Notes: generated by a model not told the origin, from the letters alone. Counted from the stretch's first letter, positions 21,932-33,404 are shown. The stretch is 64,000 bases of DNA from an uncultured Gammaproteobacteria bacterium (GCA_963747655.1 CAVVFS010000002.1:201789-265788); one strand, 5' to 3'. Translations and numbers: made by a program.

Positions 21932-22153
21932 TGCTCATATCCTCTTAAAATTGTTTACAAGTCATAAGACCTTTCAGTATTAAAATATGTAAAACAAAGG
22001 AATGAAAGAGTGCGGCACGTCTGGAATTGCAACAGTTTTGCCAGCCTGGTGAACCTAGTTTGTTGATATCATAAGCCTGACGTTCATCTTGGCCGCAATT
22101 TCAGTTATATTGTTAAATATGTCACAAATCCATTGATAGGAAGACGTTGCCAC

Positions 22154-23020
22154 ATGATTAACCGCTTCACCCTTGTTGCCATCACGGCAGCGTTTGCGCT
22201 GACCGGATGTGCAAAGATTACCGCCGCTACTTCAGCTACCGGTTCCGCAGTAAAATCTGCCGCTGATTCAGTCCTGATCCCTAAACTCAACACGCCAGAT
22301 TTTTCTAGCGGCCCTACAGTGGTCACCGTTAAACATGTTGCTACCTTGGCAGATGATGGCGAGCCGTTGTATGTCACGATTGACGGTACTGATGCGGGTA
22401 TTCTTGCTATGGGTCAAACGGTTTCATTGCATGTCGCAGCGGGTAAACATAAAGTCGGCGGCTATGCGCGTTCATTGATAGGCAGAGTGACACTGTCACC
22501 GGTTGAGGTCACTACCAGCACTCATGCAGACCAGCATGTCCAATATGCTGTAACAAATACCTCACCGGCATTTACCGTGCGTCCATCAACGAAAGTGTAT
22601 GTTGCTCCGGTTATTGCGCCAGCGCCAGCGCCGGTTGTGACTGCTCCAGCAGTGACAGTTCCAGCAGTGACAACGCCTGTAACTGGCACGACTTCGCCTG
22701 CTGCAACTTCTACTCCTACAACTTCTACCTCTGCTACCACGACGACACCAACGACGACTACTACGACGACAACACCGTCAACTGCAACTACATCTTCTTC
22801 GGCCGCTACGACAACGTCTTCTTCAACAACCACCGCAACGCCGTCGACTGGCTCGAGCACAACGTCTTCAAAAACTACAACGCCAGCATCAACGTCAACT
22901 TCTGCTGTGACAACAACGCCTACTACTACAACGCCTACTACTACCACACCGACTTCAGGCACATCGACAACAACGACTACGCCATCGACCGATACGGTTC
23001 CAACGGCACCGAGTTTGTAA
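22154..23020 (+). CDS. Lipoprotein with a long Thr/Ser/Pro-rich (mucin-like) tail
   Basis: Lipobox LTGC, about 120 aa of beta-rich domain, then about 140 aa of T/S/P low complexity with varied synonymous codons; terminator follows. Confidence 0.8.
   Translation: MINRFTLVAITAAFALTGCAKITAATSATGSAVKSAADSVLIPKLNTPDFSSGPTVVTVKHVATLADDGEPLYVTIDGTDAGILAMGQTVSLHVAAGKHKVGGYARSLIGRVTLSPVEVTTSTHADQHVQYAVTNTSPAFTVRPSTKVYVAPVIAPAPAPVVTAPAVTVPAVTTPVTGTTSPAATSTPTTSTSATTTTPTTTTTTTTPSTATTSSSAATTTSSSTTTATPSTGSSTTSSKTTTPASTSTSAVTTTPTTTTPTTTTPTSGTSTTTTTPSTDTVPTAPSL
22487..22499. other. matS site (MatP binding)
   Basis: GTGACACTGTCAC, exact consensus match. Confidence 0.8.
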
Positions 23021-23053
23021 GTTTGTTGCCAGAGTTCAGTCGTGACAATAAAG

Positions 23054-23083
23054 AAACCCCGGTAAAATTAGCTGGGGTTTTTT
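23054..23083 (+). terminator. Rho-independent terminator
   Basis: AAACCCC...GGGGTTTTTT. Confidence 0.7.
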
Positions 23084-23173
23084 GTTAGTGCCAAAGGATA
23101 GGATCAGGGAAATAAATAAAGTTATAGCTAGAGAGGTATAAAACTAGATTATAAATCAGTAGGGGAGCTTAAA

Positions 23174-23713
23174 TTAGATCTGAGGCTTTAGATATTTCAT
23201 ATTGTCTCTATAAAATCGTAGCACCATAGTGGGGACATCGATTTCATAATATAGGTTGGTTTCATCTTCGCTATGAAAACGATGAGATATTTTTTTAATA
23301 AATCTCAATGCGTTGGAGTTATCTTTGCGGGCATCTACAATAACAGTATTAATTCCAATGGCGCTCATTGCCTGGCACATTAACAAAATGCTTTCAATGG
23401 CCGAGCTTAACGTTTTTTTCTCTGTTAGTATCCAACTCCCACACTGAGCTATGCTTTTTATACTATCCACATTGTAGGCCCGTATAGTGCCAACTGGGAT
23501 AGCTATATCTAGTCTGACTATTAGAAAATAGTACTCTTTACCTGCCGTTTCTCTTGTTTTATAACCTTCTAACCAGTGCTTCTGTACCAAGGGATCGCTA
23601 TCTACCTGACTAAGAAACTTAATGCTAGAAGGCAAGACGCGAATACTGTGTATGAATTCATAATCTTCTATAGAAACAAGACATAGCTTTACTGATTTCC
23701 CAATGTGTTCCAT
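23174..23713 (-). CDS. RimJ/RimL-like GNAT acetyltransferase (AT-rich gene)
   Basis: PVGTIRAY...CGSWIL...DARKDNSNALRFIKK; ATG preceded by GGGGA. Confidence 0.7.
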   Translation of the reverse strand: MEHIGKSVKLCLVSIEDYEFIHSIRVLPSSIKFLSQVDSDPLVQKHWLEGYKTRETAGKEYYFLIVRLDIAIPVGTIRAYNVDSIKSIAQCGSWILTEKKTLSSAIESILLMCQAMSAIGINTVIVDARKDNSNALRFIKKISHRFHSEDETNLYYEIDVPTMVLRFYRDNMKYLKPQI

Positions 23714-24146
23714 GATATTCCCCAGCATGTGAAATATAAATGCAAGACATTGTTTTTCAATGATATTGAAGAGCAATGTGATATGGTGGAAATTAAAAAT
23801 AAACATTATATTGAGTAAGTATAAATTAACATCAAAGCTAATTTATAAGACCAATTAAAATGTATGGATATGGTAAGTTATTTGTAATTTTCGGCCGAAA
23901 TATAAGTTTTCCGTTGTTAAATGGCATGCTCCATAGGTTTTATTAATGCTTCTAGAAGCTTTCTTTTTGCAATGCACAATGATTTTTTTTGCTTTATCTT
24001 AATCGAGCAGTTTGATATTCCTGAAAATAAAGTCTAAGGTCATAAAGTGTATTTAAATTCTTGCAATATTTACCCGCTTAGGCGGGTTTTCTTTTATAAA
24101 ACACGCCTGTAATTTTTTTGTTTATTGATAACGACTATTCAATGAG

Positions 24147-25118
24147 TTAACTTTTCATAAAAGCATTAATTCCAGTCATATTTGCTGATAATGTCCAAAG
24201 GCGTTCTGCCTTTTCCGCATCAATGGCGTAGGAGCGAACGCCGTGAAAAGAGGGCAGATCACTTTCATCAACCGATGCTATTTCGCAGTCTTCACAGTAC
24301 AGCCCACCCAAGCCATTTAGTTGGGGAGAGGTAGCCGCCCACACTTGAGTTGCAGCACCTTGCTGTGGTGTTTTAAATGATGAGTCTGCCGAGCTTCCAT
24401 CAGCGTTTAGCCATCCAGCCGCTATCATTTCATCCTGCGCAAGATAACGTTGAAGTGGCGTGAAAATCTTTCCTGGATCAACCGAAAAAGCACGAACTCC
24501 CTGATGCTTTCCGAGTCTGTCCAGATGAACGGCAAACAATGCATTAGCTGTTTTAGATTGCCCATAAGCCAGCCATTTGTCGTAATTATGGATAAACTGT
24601 ATATCGTTCCAGCGAATATCTGATTGATGATGACCCGCGGACGATACTGTTATTACTCGGGCACTGCCTTTTAACGCGGGCCATAGCAAATTCACAAGGG
24701 CGTAATGGCCAAGATGATTGGTGGCAAATTGAGATTCCCATCCCAGATCATTACGTGTTTCAGGGCATGCCATGATTCCGGCACTGCAAATAATGATGTC
24801 AATATGTATGCTGGTCTCAAGAATGCTTCGGGCGAAAGCTCGTACGCTCGGTAGGTCGGCCAGATTGAGTTGGCAGATATTAATATTTTCTGTCAACTTG
24901 CTGTCAATTAAATTAGTACGGGCCAAGTCTGGATTACGAGACCCGACAATAACTTTTGCTCCAGCCGCGGTTAATGCTCGTGTTGTCTCCAGGCCTAAAC
25001 CAGAGTGGCCTCCAGTTATCACAGCCGTGATGCCAGAAAGATCCACTCCGTCTAATATTTGTCCTGCAGTCGTTGTCGCATTAAAACCTGAATTGATGGG
25101 ATGCTGTTTATTCGTCAT
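24147..25118 (-). CDS. Short-chain dehydrogenase (retinol-DH/WWOX-like)
   Basis: TGGHSGLG, ESQFATNHLGHY, AYGQSKTANALF, KTPQQGAAT. Confidence 0.9.
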   Translation of the reverse strand: MTNKQHPINSGFNATTTAGQILDGVDLSGITAVITGGHSGLGLETTRALTAAGAKVIVGSRNPDLARTNLIDSKLTENINICQLNLADLPSVRAFARSILETSIHIDIIICSAGIMACPETRNDLGWESQFATNHLGHYALVNLLWPALKGSARVITVSSAGHHQSDIRWNDIQFIHNYDKWLAYGQSKTANALFAVHLDRLGKHQGVRAFSVDPGKIFTPLQRYLAQDEMIAAGWLNADGSSADSSFKTPQQGAATQVWAATSPQLNGLGGLYCEDCEIASVDESDLPSFHGVRSYAIDAEKAERLWTLSANMTGINAFMKS

Positions 25119-25257
25119 AGTTACTCCTGAATTAAATCACTTAGAAATTGCTGAGCTTAAACAGTACTTATTAAGTCGCAGACCTATTATTCACACTGGA
25201 CAGCTGGCTGTGAATGCAAAATAATCCATATAACTATCGAAATCGTCTGAGGTTGCT

Positions 25258-26175
25258 ATGGATCCGCTTTCTGAAGTTCTCTCTTTACTCAGTACGCAAA
25301 GTTCATTTTTCACAGGATTGAAAGCGGGGCAGGATTGGGCAATAGCTTTTCCAGCGCCCGAGGGAATAAAGTTTAATGCGATTGTTGATGGGGAATGCTG
25401 GCTTGTCGTCGAGGGTGTAGAGCAGCCGATTCGGTTAGAGAAGGGCGACTGTTTTCTTCTTTCGCGTCAACGAGCTTTCTCACTGAGCAGCGGTCTGGCA
25501 ATACCAATGACTGATTCAGAAAAAGTTTATCGTCTGATGGTCAATGGAATTGCCTCATACGGACCTGCTAATGAATTTTTCCTGATTGGCGGACGTTTTA
25601 ATTTTGGTGAAGAAGCCCGATTATTGCTAGATAGCTTACCTCCGGTCGCAGTCATTAAAAGCGAGTCGAGCGAAGCCACGGTTATGCAGTGGGTGTTAAG
25701 ACAACTTGCTGAGGAAGTATCAAATCCATCATCAGGCAGTGCATTGATAATCCAGCATATTGCTCACATTATGTTAGTACAATTTCTGCGTATCTATTTG
25801 ACCCAAAAAACTAATAACCATCCTGGCTGGTTATTGGCGTTGTCTGATGCACGTATTAGTCGAGTCATTCAGGCCATTCATGCCGATCCCGCATACCGCT
25901 GGACACTCGAACGTCTGGCTGACATTGCAGGAGTTTCGCGTTCAACGCTAGCACTAAGATTTAAGCAGAAAGCAGGTGTTGCGCCTCTGGAATATGCTTT
26001 GCGTTGGCGAATACAACTGGCAACTCGTGAACTGAAAAGTAGCAATGCAACGATTTCCTCAATTGCACAAATGCTAGGTTATGATTCTGACAGTGCGTTT
26101 AGCCATGCATTCAAAAGAATCATGCAATGTTCGCCACGCGAATATCGTGCTGCGCGAACTTCAAAACTACATTGA
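25258..26175 (+). CDS. AraC-family regulator (cupin plus HTH), divergent from the SDR
   Basis: MDPLSEVL start; WTLERLADIAGVSRS; LGYDSDSAFSHAFKR. Confidence 0.9.
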   Translation: MDPLSEVLSLLSTQSSFFTGLKAGQDWAIAFPAPEGIKFNAIVDGECWLVVEGVEQPIRLEKGDCFLLSRQRAFSLSSGLAIPMTDSEKVYRLMVNGIASYGPANEFFLIGGRFNFGEEARLLLDSLPPVAVIKSESSEATVMQWVLRQLAEEVSNPSSGSALIIQHIAHIMLVQFLRIYLTQKTNNHPGWLLALSDARISRVIQAIHADPAYRWTLERLADIAGVSRSTLALRFKQKAGVAPLEYALRWRIQLATRELKSSNATISSIAQMLGYDSDSAFSHAFKRIMQCSPREYRAARTSKLH

Positions 26176-26221
26176 TAACTACATTCATAACGACAGGTGC
26201 CGTAAAGATGGAGTTGAACTT

Positions 26222-26614
26222 ATGTGTTTAGAAAAGACCTATCAGCCCGAAATAACAGAGCAGATAATCGAACTGGAGAAAAAGCTTCATCAGCCAAAGA
26301 TCCGCCAGGACGTTACGTGGCTAATGGAATTGCTGCATGATGAGTTTGAAGAGATAGGCCGTTCGGGAAGTCGCTATGATAAGCAGGATGTGATTAAAAG
26401 CCTGACAGAGCAAAATGATCAGCCCGAAATCTTTGCCACCAATTTTAAACTGAGCCAGCTTGAGCAAAGTTTGGTATTGCTGACGTACGATAGTTTCTAT
26501 CAGGAAAAGCCGGGCATCAGAACACGAATAACATTACGATCATCAATATGGAAACTGAATCATGAAGACGGTCGCTGGCAGATGAGATTTCACCAAGGGA
26601 CGCCGGCAGCTTGA
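26222..26614 (+). CDS. DUF4440/NTF2-like protein
   Basis: LLHDEFEEIGRSG...RSSIW...WQMRFHQGT. Confidence 0.85.
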   Translation: MCLEKTYQPEITEQIIELEKKLHQPKIRQDVTWLMELLHDEFEEIGRSGSRYDKQDVIKSLTEQNDQPEIFATNFKLSQLEQSLVLLTYDSFYQEKPGIRTRITLRSSIWKLNHEDGRWQMRFHQGTPAA

Positions 26615-26696
26615 GTTGGGGGAAATGTCAGAACTGAAGATCATAAGCACAGGTCTATTAAAGCCCAAACACCCAGAATCCACGTAACGACACCTA

Positions 26697-26724
26697 GGTG
26701 CGCATAATGTATATTATGTTAAAT
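26697..26724 (+). other. dif: Chromosomal dif site (XerC/XerD)
   Basis: GGTGCGCATAA-TGTATA-TTATGTTAAAT, identical to the canonical 28-bp E. coli dif; intergenic. Confidence 0.97.
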
Positions 26725-26928
26725 TGCGTATTGAGAGATATGTTGAGCAAGACGTTGACCGTACCTCCATATAAAGCTGTTTACCCTTGGCTGGCCATTG
26801 GGCCGTTTATGCCCTAACCCATCACAAGAATCACTGGCGGCCATTCCTGATTAGGTCATCCGTTCAGAAATATCAATCAGAAATAACCGCCTGCGAATTG
26901 ACGTCATATCGATGACCGCGTGTTTCTA

Positions 26929-27712
26929 CTAAATATCTTTAACCGCCACACCTGAATGGCTGTCATAACCTACGCGGCCAATAAACGGCAAACGCAGCGC
27001 CGGCGAATTAAATTCAACGCCAAGGTTTAATCCCAGAATATTTAATCTCAACAGCCTTCCTGCGCTCCCACAGTGAAACCTAACAGCCCCAGCAATGAAA
27101 CCTGTAGACCTTTACCCGACGGCGGCAATCCTATTGGCCGCGTCAATGGACGGTAATCTTTGCCGATGGCATTGGAAGGCAAATCTAATCCCAGCTGCGG
27201 AACCACGCGGCCAATATGCGCCATAAAAGTATTACTGTTCGGTCCCGGATAAGCATGATAAGTCTGCGGGAACGGATAGCTTTTAATAGCCGCTTCAATT
27301 TCGGGGATCATCGCCTCCGCTTCTGGGCCGCGGCGGTCAACCAGAGTCGAGGCCTCGAACCAAACCAGTAGCCATCTGGAATCGCATAGTTTTGGCGCAC
27401 GACATCGCCGCTGCCCCAGCCAATTACGTCATAGCGGGTGTACTGCGTTTCCCCTGCTCTTTTCAAGATAATCCACGGATGAACGGCAAACAAACCTCGC
27501 CAGCCGTAAGTCGGAGCGGTATAGATTTCAACAATGGCGGTATTGCGGAATTTATGCGGATCCGGTGCTAATGAGGCCGAATCACGTCGGGTTGTCGCCC
27601 AACTTTGGCCAATCGGATCTTGTTTAGTGTGAGACGCTTTAGCGTAACTGTAGCCGAAAGAAATAAGTAAAATGCACAAATAACCCAGACCAATCCACTT
27701 TATATAAGTCAT
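26929..27712 (-). CDS. DUF3750 domain protein (frameshifts near 27310 and 27050)
   Basis: WRGLFAVHPWI, RYDVIGWG, PDGYWFG, YPGPNSNTF, LDLPSNAIGKDY, and INILGLNLGV...LRLPFIGRVG in a third frame. Confidence 0.8.
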
Positions 27713-27953
27713 AACGTGTCGATATATCCCTCGCGGTGTGTCTTTAAACCCTAGAGTAAAAAAATCCAGGCCGCAAGCAGGCTGAATAATCATCACTTAT
27801 TCATAGATTTATCTTATCCCGCCGTATGCTTTATAAACATCTCACATGAGCATATTTCACAATATATCAATGGATAAGCGGTTAAGCAAACTCTGTATAG
27901 TAGCGGCGCGGTATTATTGTATTTATAAGTTTTCATTATAGAGATATGTCATT

Positions 27954-28752
27954 ATGAAAAAATTGCTGTTGTCTGCCCTGATCGCCACTTCGGTTCTCAT
28001 GTTGTCCGCCTGTAAGCAAGGTGACGATAATAAAGTAAAAGTTGCCATTAACACCGGTCCCGATCAGGCTATTTGGCAGGTTGTGCAAAAAGTAGCAAAA
28101 GATAAGTACAATCTGGATGTACGAGGTCATTCCGTTTAATGACTATGTGCTACCTAATGAATCTTTAAACAGCAAAGACGTTGATGCCAACGCCTTCCAG
28201 AGCCTGCCTTATCTCGAAGCACAGTCAAAAGAACGCGGTTATCATTTCGCTATTCTGACCAAAACTTTTATTTTCCCCATTGCCGCCTATTCTAAAAAAA
28301 TCAAAACATTAAAGATATTCCCGATGGCGCAACTATTACTATTTCCAATGAAGCCACTACCTTGGGGCGTAGCCTGTTGTTCCTACAGGCTCAGGGCCTT
28401 ATTAAATTGAAAGATGGCGTAGGTTATTTGCCAACTACTTGGATATCACAGAGAACCCGAAAAAACTGAAACTGGTTGAAGTTGATACCCCACAGTTGAC
28501 CCGTACTCTGGACGATCCGAACGTCACCCTATCCATCATCAATACCAACTTCTCTCACAGGTTGGCCTTTCGGCTTCCCGCGATGGCCTGTTTATGGAGG
28601 GTGCGGCGTCTCCATACGTCAATGCATTGGTAGCACGTGCAGATGACAAAGACAGCAAGAAACTGCAAGAATTGACCGAAGCTTTCAAGACGCCTGAAGT
28701 GGCAGAAAAAGCCAATGAAGTATATAAAGGCGACGCCATTAAAGCCTGGTAA
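27954..28752 (+). CDS. MetQ/NlpA-family lipoprotein (several frameshifts)
   Basis: Lipobox LSAC; FNDYVLPNESL...DANAFQSLPYL; DITENPKKLKLVEVD; ends AIKAW. Confidence 0.85.
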
Positions 28753-29017
28753 AACGTCATTTCCAGGGCCAATCTATAGCGGATTATTAAGGATGGTTAA
28801 TGGCCCTTGTTAATCTCCCTTGTCACGCAATCTTCGCCACGAATTGACAGTTAAATATACAACTGGACTGTTCAAAATTATTTTTTTATGAGAAAAAACC
28901 TATAAGGCAGTATATTAATCTTCTTAAAGTGACATTCTATATTTGCGTGTTAGTATCGCAGCAACTTATTGAAGTACGCATAAGTCAGATACATACATCA
29001 ACGAAAGAGATTAAAAG

Positions 29018-29763
29018 ATGAGAACATCCTTTGTTATTTTGACATGGAATCGAGGAGAGATGCTTCCCGTATGTCTTGAAGCCTTGTATCACGCGATCAA
29101 TGATAAGAAGCAATCCGAGATCATTATCTTCAATAATGCCTCAACCGATAACACTCAAAGCTATTCTGTGCTGCGTATAAAGAGAAATACCAGTCCGATA
29201 TTTCAATCAAAGTTATTAATAATGATAAAAATTTGGGCCTAAGTGCATACCAGCGTTTGATCCCGATGGCCAAAGGGGATTACATTATTGAAGTTGATGA
29301 TGACGTCCTGGAGTTTCCCAATGCGGTCGATGATGTTTTTGTAAAGTACTTCAATACATTTAAGAAGTTTGGCTTCCTGTGCCTGGACGTGATCAAAATG
29401 AACACACTAACGGGGCTAAACCTCCCGCCTCTGAGTATACAGATCATTTCAGTCGATGGTTTAACCGTGCAGATTGGCCCTACCGGCGGCTGGTGTGCAG
29501 GATTTAGACGAAAAGATTATCGCATGATCTCCATGTTTCTTCGAGAAATTCACCAAACTGAGTTTTAACAACGGTGAAGATGCCGTAATATCACGTTACT
29601 TCAGAAGGATGGGTAAGAAATCTGGCGTGATTAAAGACGTAAAATGTTTTCACGCCGTCGGCCCATACTATGCCAAACAGTATAGCTCCCTCGACGAGAC
29701 ATTGAGAAATATGAAACTGCCGGGATCACCAATCTGTCAGACGAATATAAATCTCACCAATAA
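29018..29763 (+). CDS. Stand-alone family 2 glycosyltransferase (several frameshifts)
   Basis: FVILTWNRGEML, NNASTDNT, YIIEVDDDV (DxD) spread over three or more frames. Confidence 0.75.
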
Positions 29764-30266
29764 GGTTTTGTCCGCCAGTGTTGATCTGGCGGACTTCTCT
29801 TCATTGCCTACCTGCCTTACCCTATCCAGCGCCCCTCCCATTTCTATTTTCATAGCTTTTTACGTACTTATCCGCTCTGCGTTTTTTATCTTACCCTTTG
29901 ATTGCACAGTAAATCCGCATTCTGACACTGAGTGACCGACAGACTTTTCCTCGTGGATTTACAAAATAATCTCGAGGAAACAGGTTGTTTTTTGAGCTAA
30001 AATGATTGCGCTACGTGAAATCTGAGAATCTTCTACACCGGTTACCCCTAAGTTTTCACATAGGATGCATGATATTTGGGTTAATACTCATATAATCAAC
30101 AACATATTGATAACATAACCAAAAGTGTAAACATCTATACACAAAATAATTTATTGAGCTAAAGGCCAAAAAGTCCTATATTGGCCGCGCTTTTACTAGA
30201 GCAATTACTTTTTCAATTCATTTATTCAATCGGGACGTTAGTGATAACCCCGGTTGTAGGAGAGAT

Positions 30267-31652
30267 ATGATGACGGATAAAGTCCGTATTGATACTTTAG
30301 GTGCAAATTCATTTAATGAAAACAATGAAACCTATTTGGCGAGACAAGCTGAATTTGAATCGAATGTTAGGAGTTATCCTCGCAAACTGCCTTTAGCTAT
30401 CGCTAAAGCGTTGGGCGTGTGGATCACCGACGTTGAGAATAATCAATATCTTGACTGCCTGGCCGGTGCGGGAACGCTGGCTCTTGGACACAACCATCCG
30501 GACATTCTTCAAAGCATCCAAAATGTCATTACTAGCGGCTTGCCGTTACATACCCTTGATCTGACAACGCCGTTGAAAGACAAGTTTTCTGACTATTTGC
30601 TGTCTCTGTTGCCTGGTAAAGGCAAAGAGTATTGCCTGCAGTTCACCGGCCCTTCTGGTGCCGATGCTGTTGAAGCAGCACTGAAGCTGGCGAAGAAATA
30701 TACTGGCCGTTCTGGCGTGATCAGCTTCTCCGGCGGCTACCACGGCATGACCCACGGCGCTCTGGCGGTAACAGGTAACCTGTCTCCGAAAGAAGCTGTG
30801 AACGGCATGATGCCAGAAGTACAGTTCATGCCTTATCCGCACCTTTACCGTTGCCCGCTGGGCATTGGCGGCGAAGCTGGCGTGAAAGCACTGACTTACT
30901 ACTTCGAAAACCTGATCAACGACGTTGAAAGCGGCGTTCGTAAACCTGCTGCCGTTATTCTTGAAGCGGTTCAGGGCGAAGGCGGTGTTAACCCAGCTCC
31001 TGTCGAGTGGCTGCAGCGCATTCGTAAAGTGACTCAGGAACACGGTATTCTGTTGATTATCGACGAAGTTCAGGCTGGTTTCTGCCGTACTGGCAAACTG
31101 TTTGCCTTTGAACACGCCGGTATCGAGCCAGACATTATCGTGATGTCTAAAGCTGTGGGTGGCGGCTTGCCACTGGCGGTATTGGGTATCAAGAAACAGT
31201 TTGACGCCTGGGAACCTGGTCACCACACCGGTACTTTCCGCGGTAACCAACTGGCTATGGCGACCGGCCTGACGACTCTGCAATATATGAAAGATAACAA
31301 TCTTGCAGAGAAAGTTGCGGCACAGGGCGAATGGCTGAAAGGCAAACTGGCCGACATGCAGAAACGTTACCCGGTCATCGGTAACATTCGCGGTCTGGGC
31401 CTGATGATCGGCATCGAGATCGTTAAACCAAACGAAGCGCAGGATCAGATGGGTTGCTACCCGGCTGATGGCCAGCTGTCTGCACTGCTGCAGAAAAAAT
31501 GCTTCGAAGCGGGTCTGATCCTCGAGCGTGGTGGTCGTAACGGTTGCGTACTGCGCCTGTTGCCTTCCCTGCTGATCACCAATGAAGAATTGGGTATTTT
31601 CCTGGATAAATTTGAGCAGGCTTTCCTTGCCGCTGGCGTCAAACCTGTTTGA
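30267..31652 (+). CDS. dat: Diaminobutyrate--2-oxoglutarate transaminase
   Basis: [56 protein letters not shown]. Confidence 0.95.
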   Translation: MMTDKVRIDTLGANSFNENNETYLARQAEFESNVRSYPRKLPLAIAKALGVWITDVENNQYLDCLAGAGTLALGHNHPDILQSIQNVITSGLPLHTLDLTTPLKDKFSDYLLSLLPGKGKEYCLQFTGPSGADAVEAALKLAKKYTGRSGVISFSGGYHGMTHGALAVTGNLSPKEAVNGMMPEVQFMPYPHLYRCPLGIGGEAGVKALTYYFENLINDVESGVRKPAAVILEAVQGEGGVNPAPVEWLQRIRKVTQEHGILLIIDEVQAGFCRTGKLFAFEHAGIEPDIIVMSKAVGGGLPLAVLGIKKQFDAWEPGHHTGTFRGNQLAMATGLTTLQYMKDNNLAEKVAAQGEWLKGKLADMQKRYPVIGNIRGLGLMIGIEIVKPNEAQDQMGCYPADGQLSALLQKKCFEAGLILERGGRNGCVLRLLPSLLITNEELGIFLDKFEQAFLAAGVKPV

Positions 31653-31669
31653 GTGGAGTGAATTACCGG

Positions 31670-33141
31670 ATGTCGAAGTTAAACCCGATCCTTGCCGCTT
31701 CTGCGCAAAGCACCGAGGCCTACCAGCAGGCGATCGCCCAAAGTAGTGCGGCCGTTGTTCAGTGGCTGCAACAACCTGAGATGTATCAGGGTAAAACCGT
31801 TGCTGAACTGCGTGAACGTATTACGCTGGACTTCAATCCTCAAGGCCTGGGCAACCAGGCTGCGATTGAACGTGCGATTGAATACTTTTTAAAAGATAGC
31901 CTGTCGGTGCATCACCCACAGTGCGTCGCACACCTTCACTGCCCTAGCCTCGTTGTCAGTCAGGCTGCGGAAGTGCTGATCAACGCGACTAACCAGAGCA
32001 TGGACTCCTGGGACCAAAGCCCGTCAGCGACCATCATCGAGATTAAGCTGATTGAATGGCTGCGTACTCAGGTTGGTTATCAGCCTGGCGACGCCGGCGT
32101 GTTTACCAGCGGCGGTACGCAGAGCAATCTGATGGGTCTGATGTTGGCGCGTGATGCCTTCTTCGCTCGTCAGGGCCACTCCGTACAGCAGGACGGTCTG
32201 GTTGGCGATCTCAAGAAGATCAAAGTTTTCTGTTCTGAAAATGCACACTTCTCTGTGCAAAAGAACATGGCTTTGATGGGTCTGGGTTACCAGTCAGTGA
32301 CTCTGGTGAAAACCGATCAGTTTGCGCGTATGGATCTTAACGATCTGGCCGAGAAACTGGCCTTGGCGAAGGCCAATGGTGAGCAATTCTGGCGATCGTT
32401 GCGACAGCAGGTACTACCGATGCTGGCGCTATCGACCCGCTGCGTGAAATTGCAGCACTGGCAGCTGAACACCAAATCTGGGTACACGTTGATGCAGCAT
32501 GGGGCGGCGCACTGCTGCTGTCCGAGAAGTATCGCGATTACCTGGACGGGATTGAACTGGTTGACTCCATTACTCTGGACTTCCATAAGCAGTTCTTCCA
32601 GACCATCAGCTGTGGCGCGTTCTTGTTGAAAGAATCCCGTCATTACGAGTTGATGCGTTATCAGGCGGCTTACCTGAACTCCGAGTTTGACGAAGCTCAG
32701 GGCGTGCCAAATCTGGTATCCAAATCTCTGCAGACCACTCGTCGTTTCGATGCATTGAAACTGTGGATGGGTCTGGAAGCGTTGGGTCAGAAGCAATATG
32801 CTGAAATCATCGATCACGGTGTGACATTGGCGCAGCAAGTTGCCCAGTACGTGAGCGAGCAGCCTCAGCTTGAGCTGGTAATGCAGCCGCAGTTGGCGAG
32901 CGTGTTGTTCCGCTATCGTCCAGAAGCCCTGGCGAACAGCGACGATGCTGCAATTGCCCTGTTCAACCAGAAAATTGGTGATGCGTTGCTGGATTCTGGC
33001 CGTGCTAACCTGGGCGTGACCGAGTCTAATGGCATTACCTGCCTGAAAATGACACTGTTAAATCCAACCGTTACGCTGGAAGACATCAAGCTTCTGCTGG
33101 CACTGGTAGATAAAACTGCACAGCAACTGCTGACAGCCTAA
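31670..33141 (+). CDS. ddc: L-2,4-diaminobutyrate decarboxylase (frameshift near 32387)
   Basis: [38 protein letters not shown] (PLP Lys), [13 protein letters not shown]; directly downstream of dat. Confidence 0.92.
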
Positions 33142-33165
33142 TTTTCTATCCTGCATTTATGCAAT

Positions 33166-33202
33166 AAAAAGCCGATAACTCGTAAATGTTATCGGCTTTT
33201 TT
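33166..33202 (+). terminator. Rho-independent terminator after ddc
   Basis: AAAAAGCCGATAAC...GTTATCGGCTTTTTT. Confidence 0.8.
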
Positions 33203-33343
33203 ATCGTCATGATGCAAACCAAAATCAAACATTAAAAGTATCGAAACCCATAAAATCACCCTTTTCGTCCTGATCGAAAAAATAAATAGCACTATTTTAT
33301 AGCAGACTCTGTAGCTATAGAGTTCACCAGATTATAGAGTGGC

Positions 33344-33366
33344 ACATTGTATGTTGTAACTAAAGT
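33344..33366 (+). other. Ter site (Tus binding)
   Basis: ACATTGTATGTTGTAACTAAAGT; the last 18 nt are identical to E. coli TerA/TerB. Confidence 0.9.
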
Positions 33367-33404
33367 GCGTATTTTATATTATTCTTATGATGGCCGGCTT
33401 AGGC

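Noticed and set aside
22090-22118. Possible second dif-like site (TATTGTTAAAT)
   Set aside because: The XerD-like arm has 2 mismatches and the XerC arm is not recognisable; expected by chance in AT-rich DNA.
22522-22962. 146-aa Val-rich ORF on the minus strand
   Set aside because: It is the antisense shadow of the Thr-rich tail (ACx codons read as GTx); no independent support.
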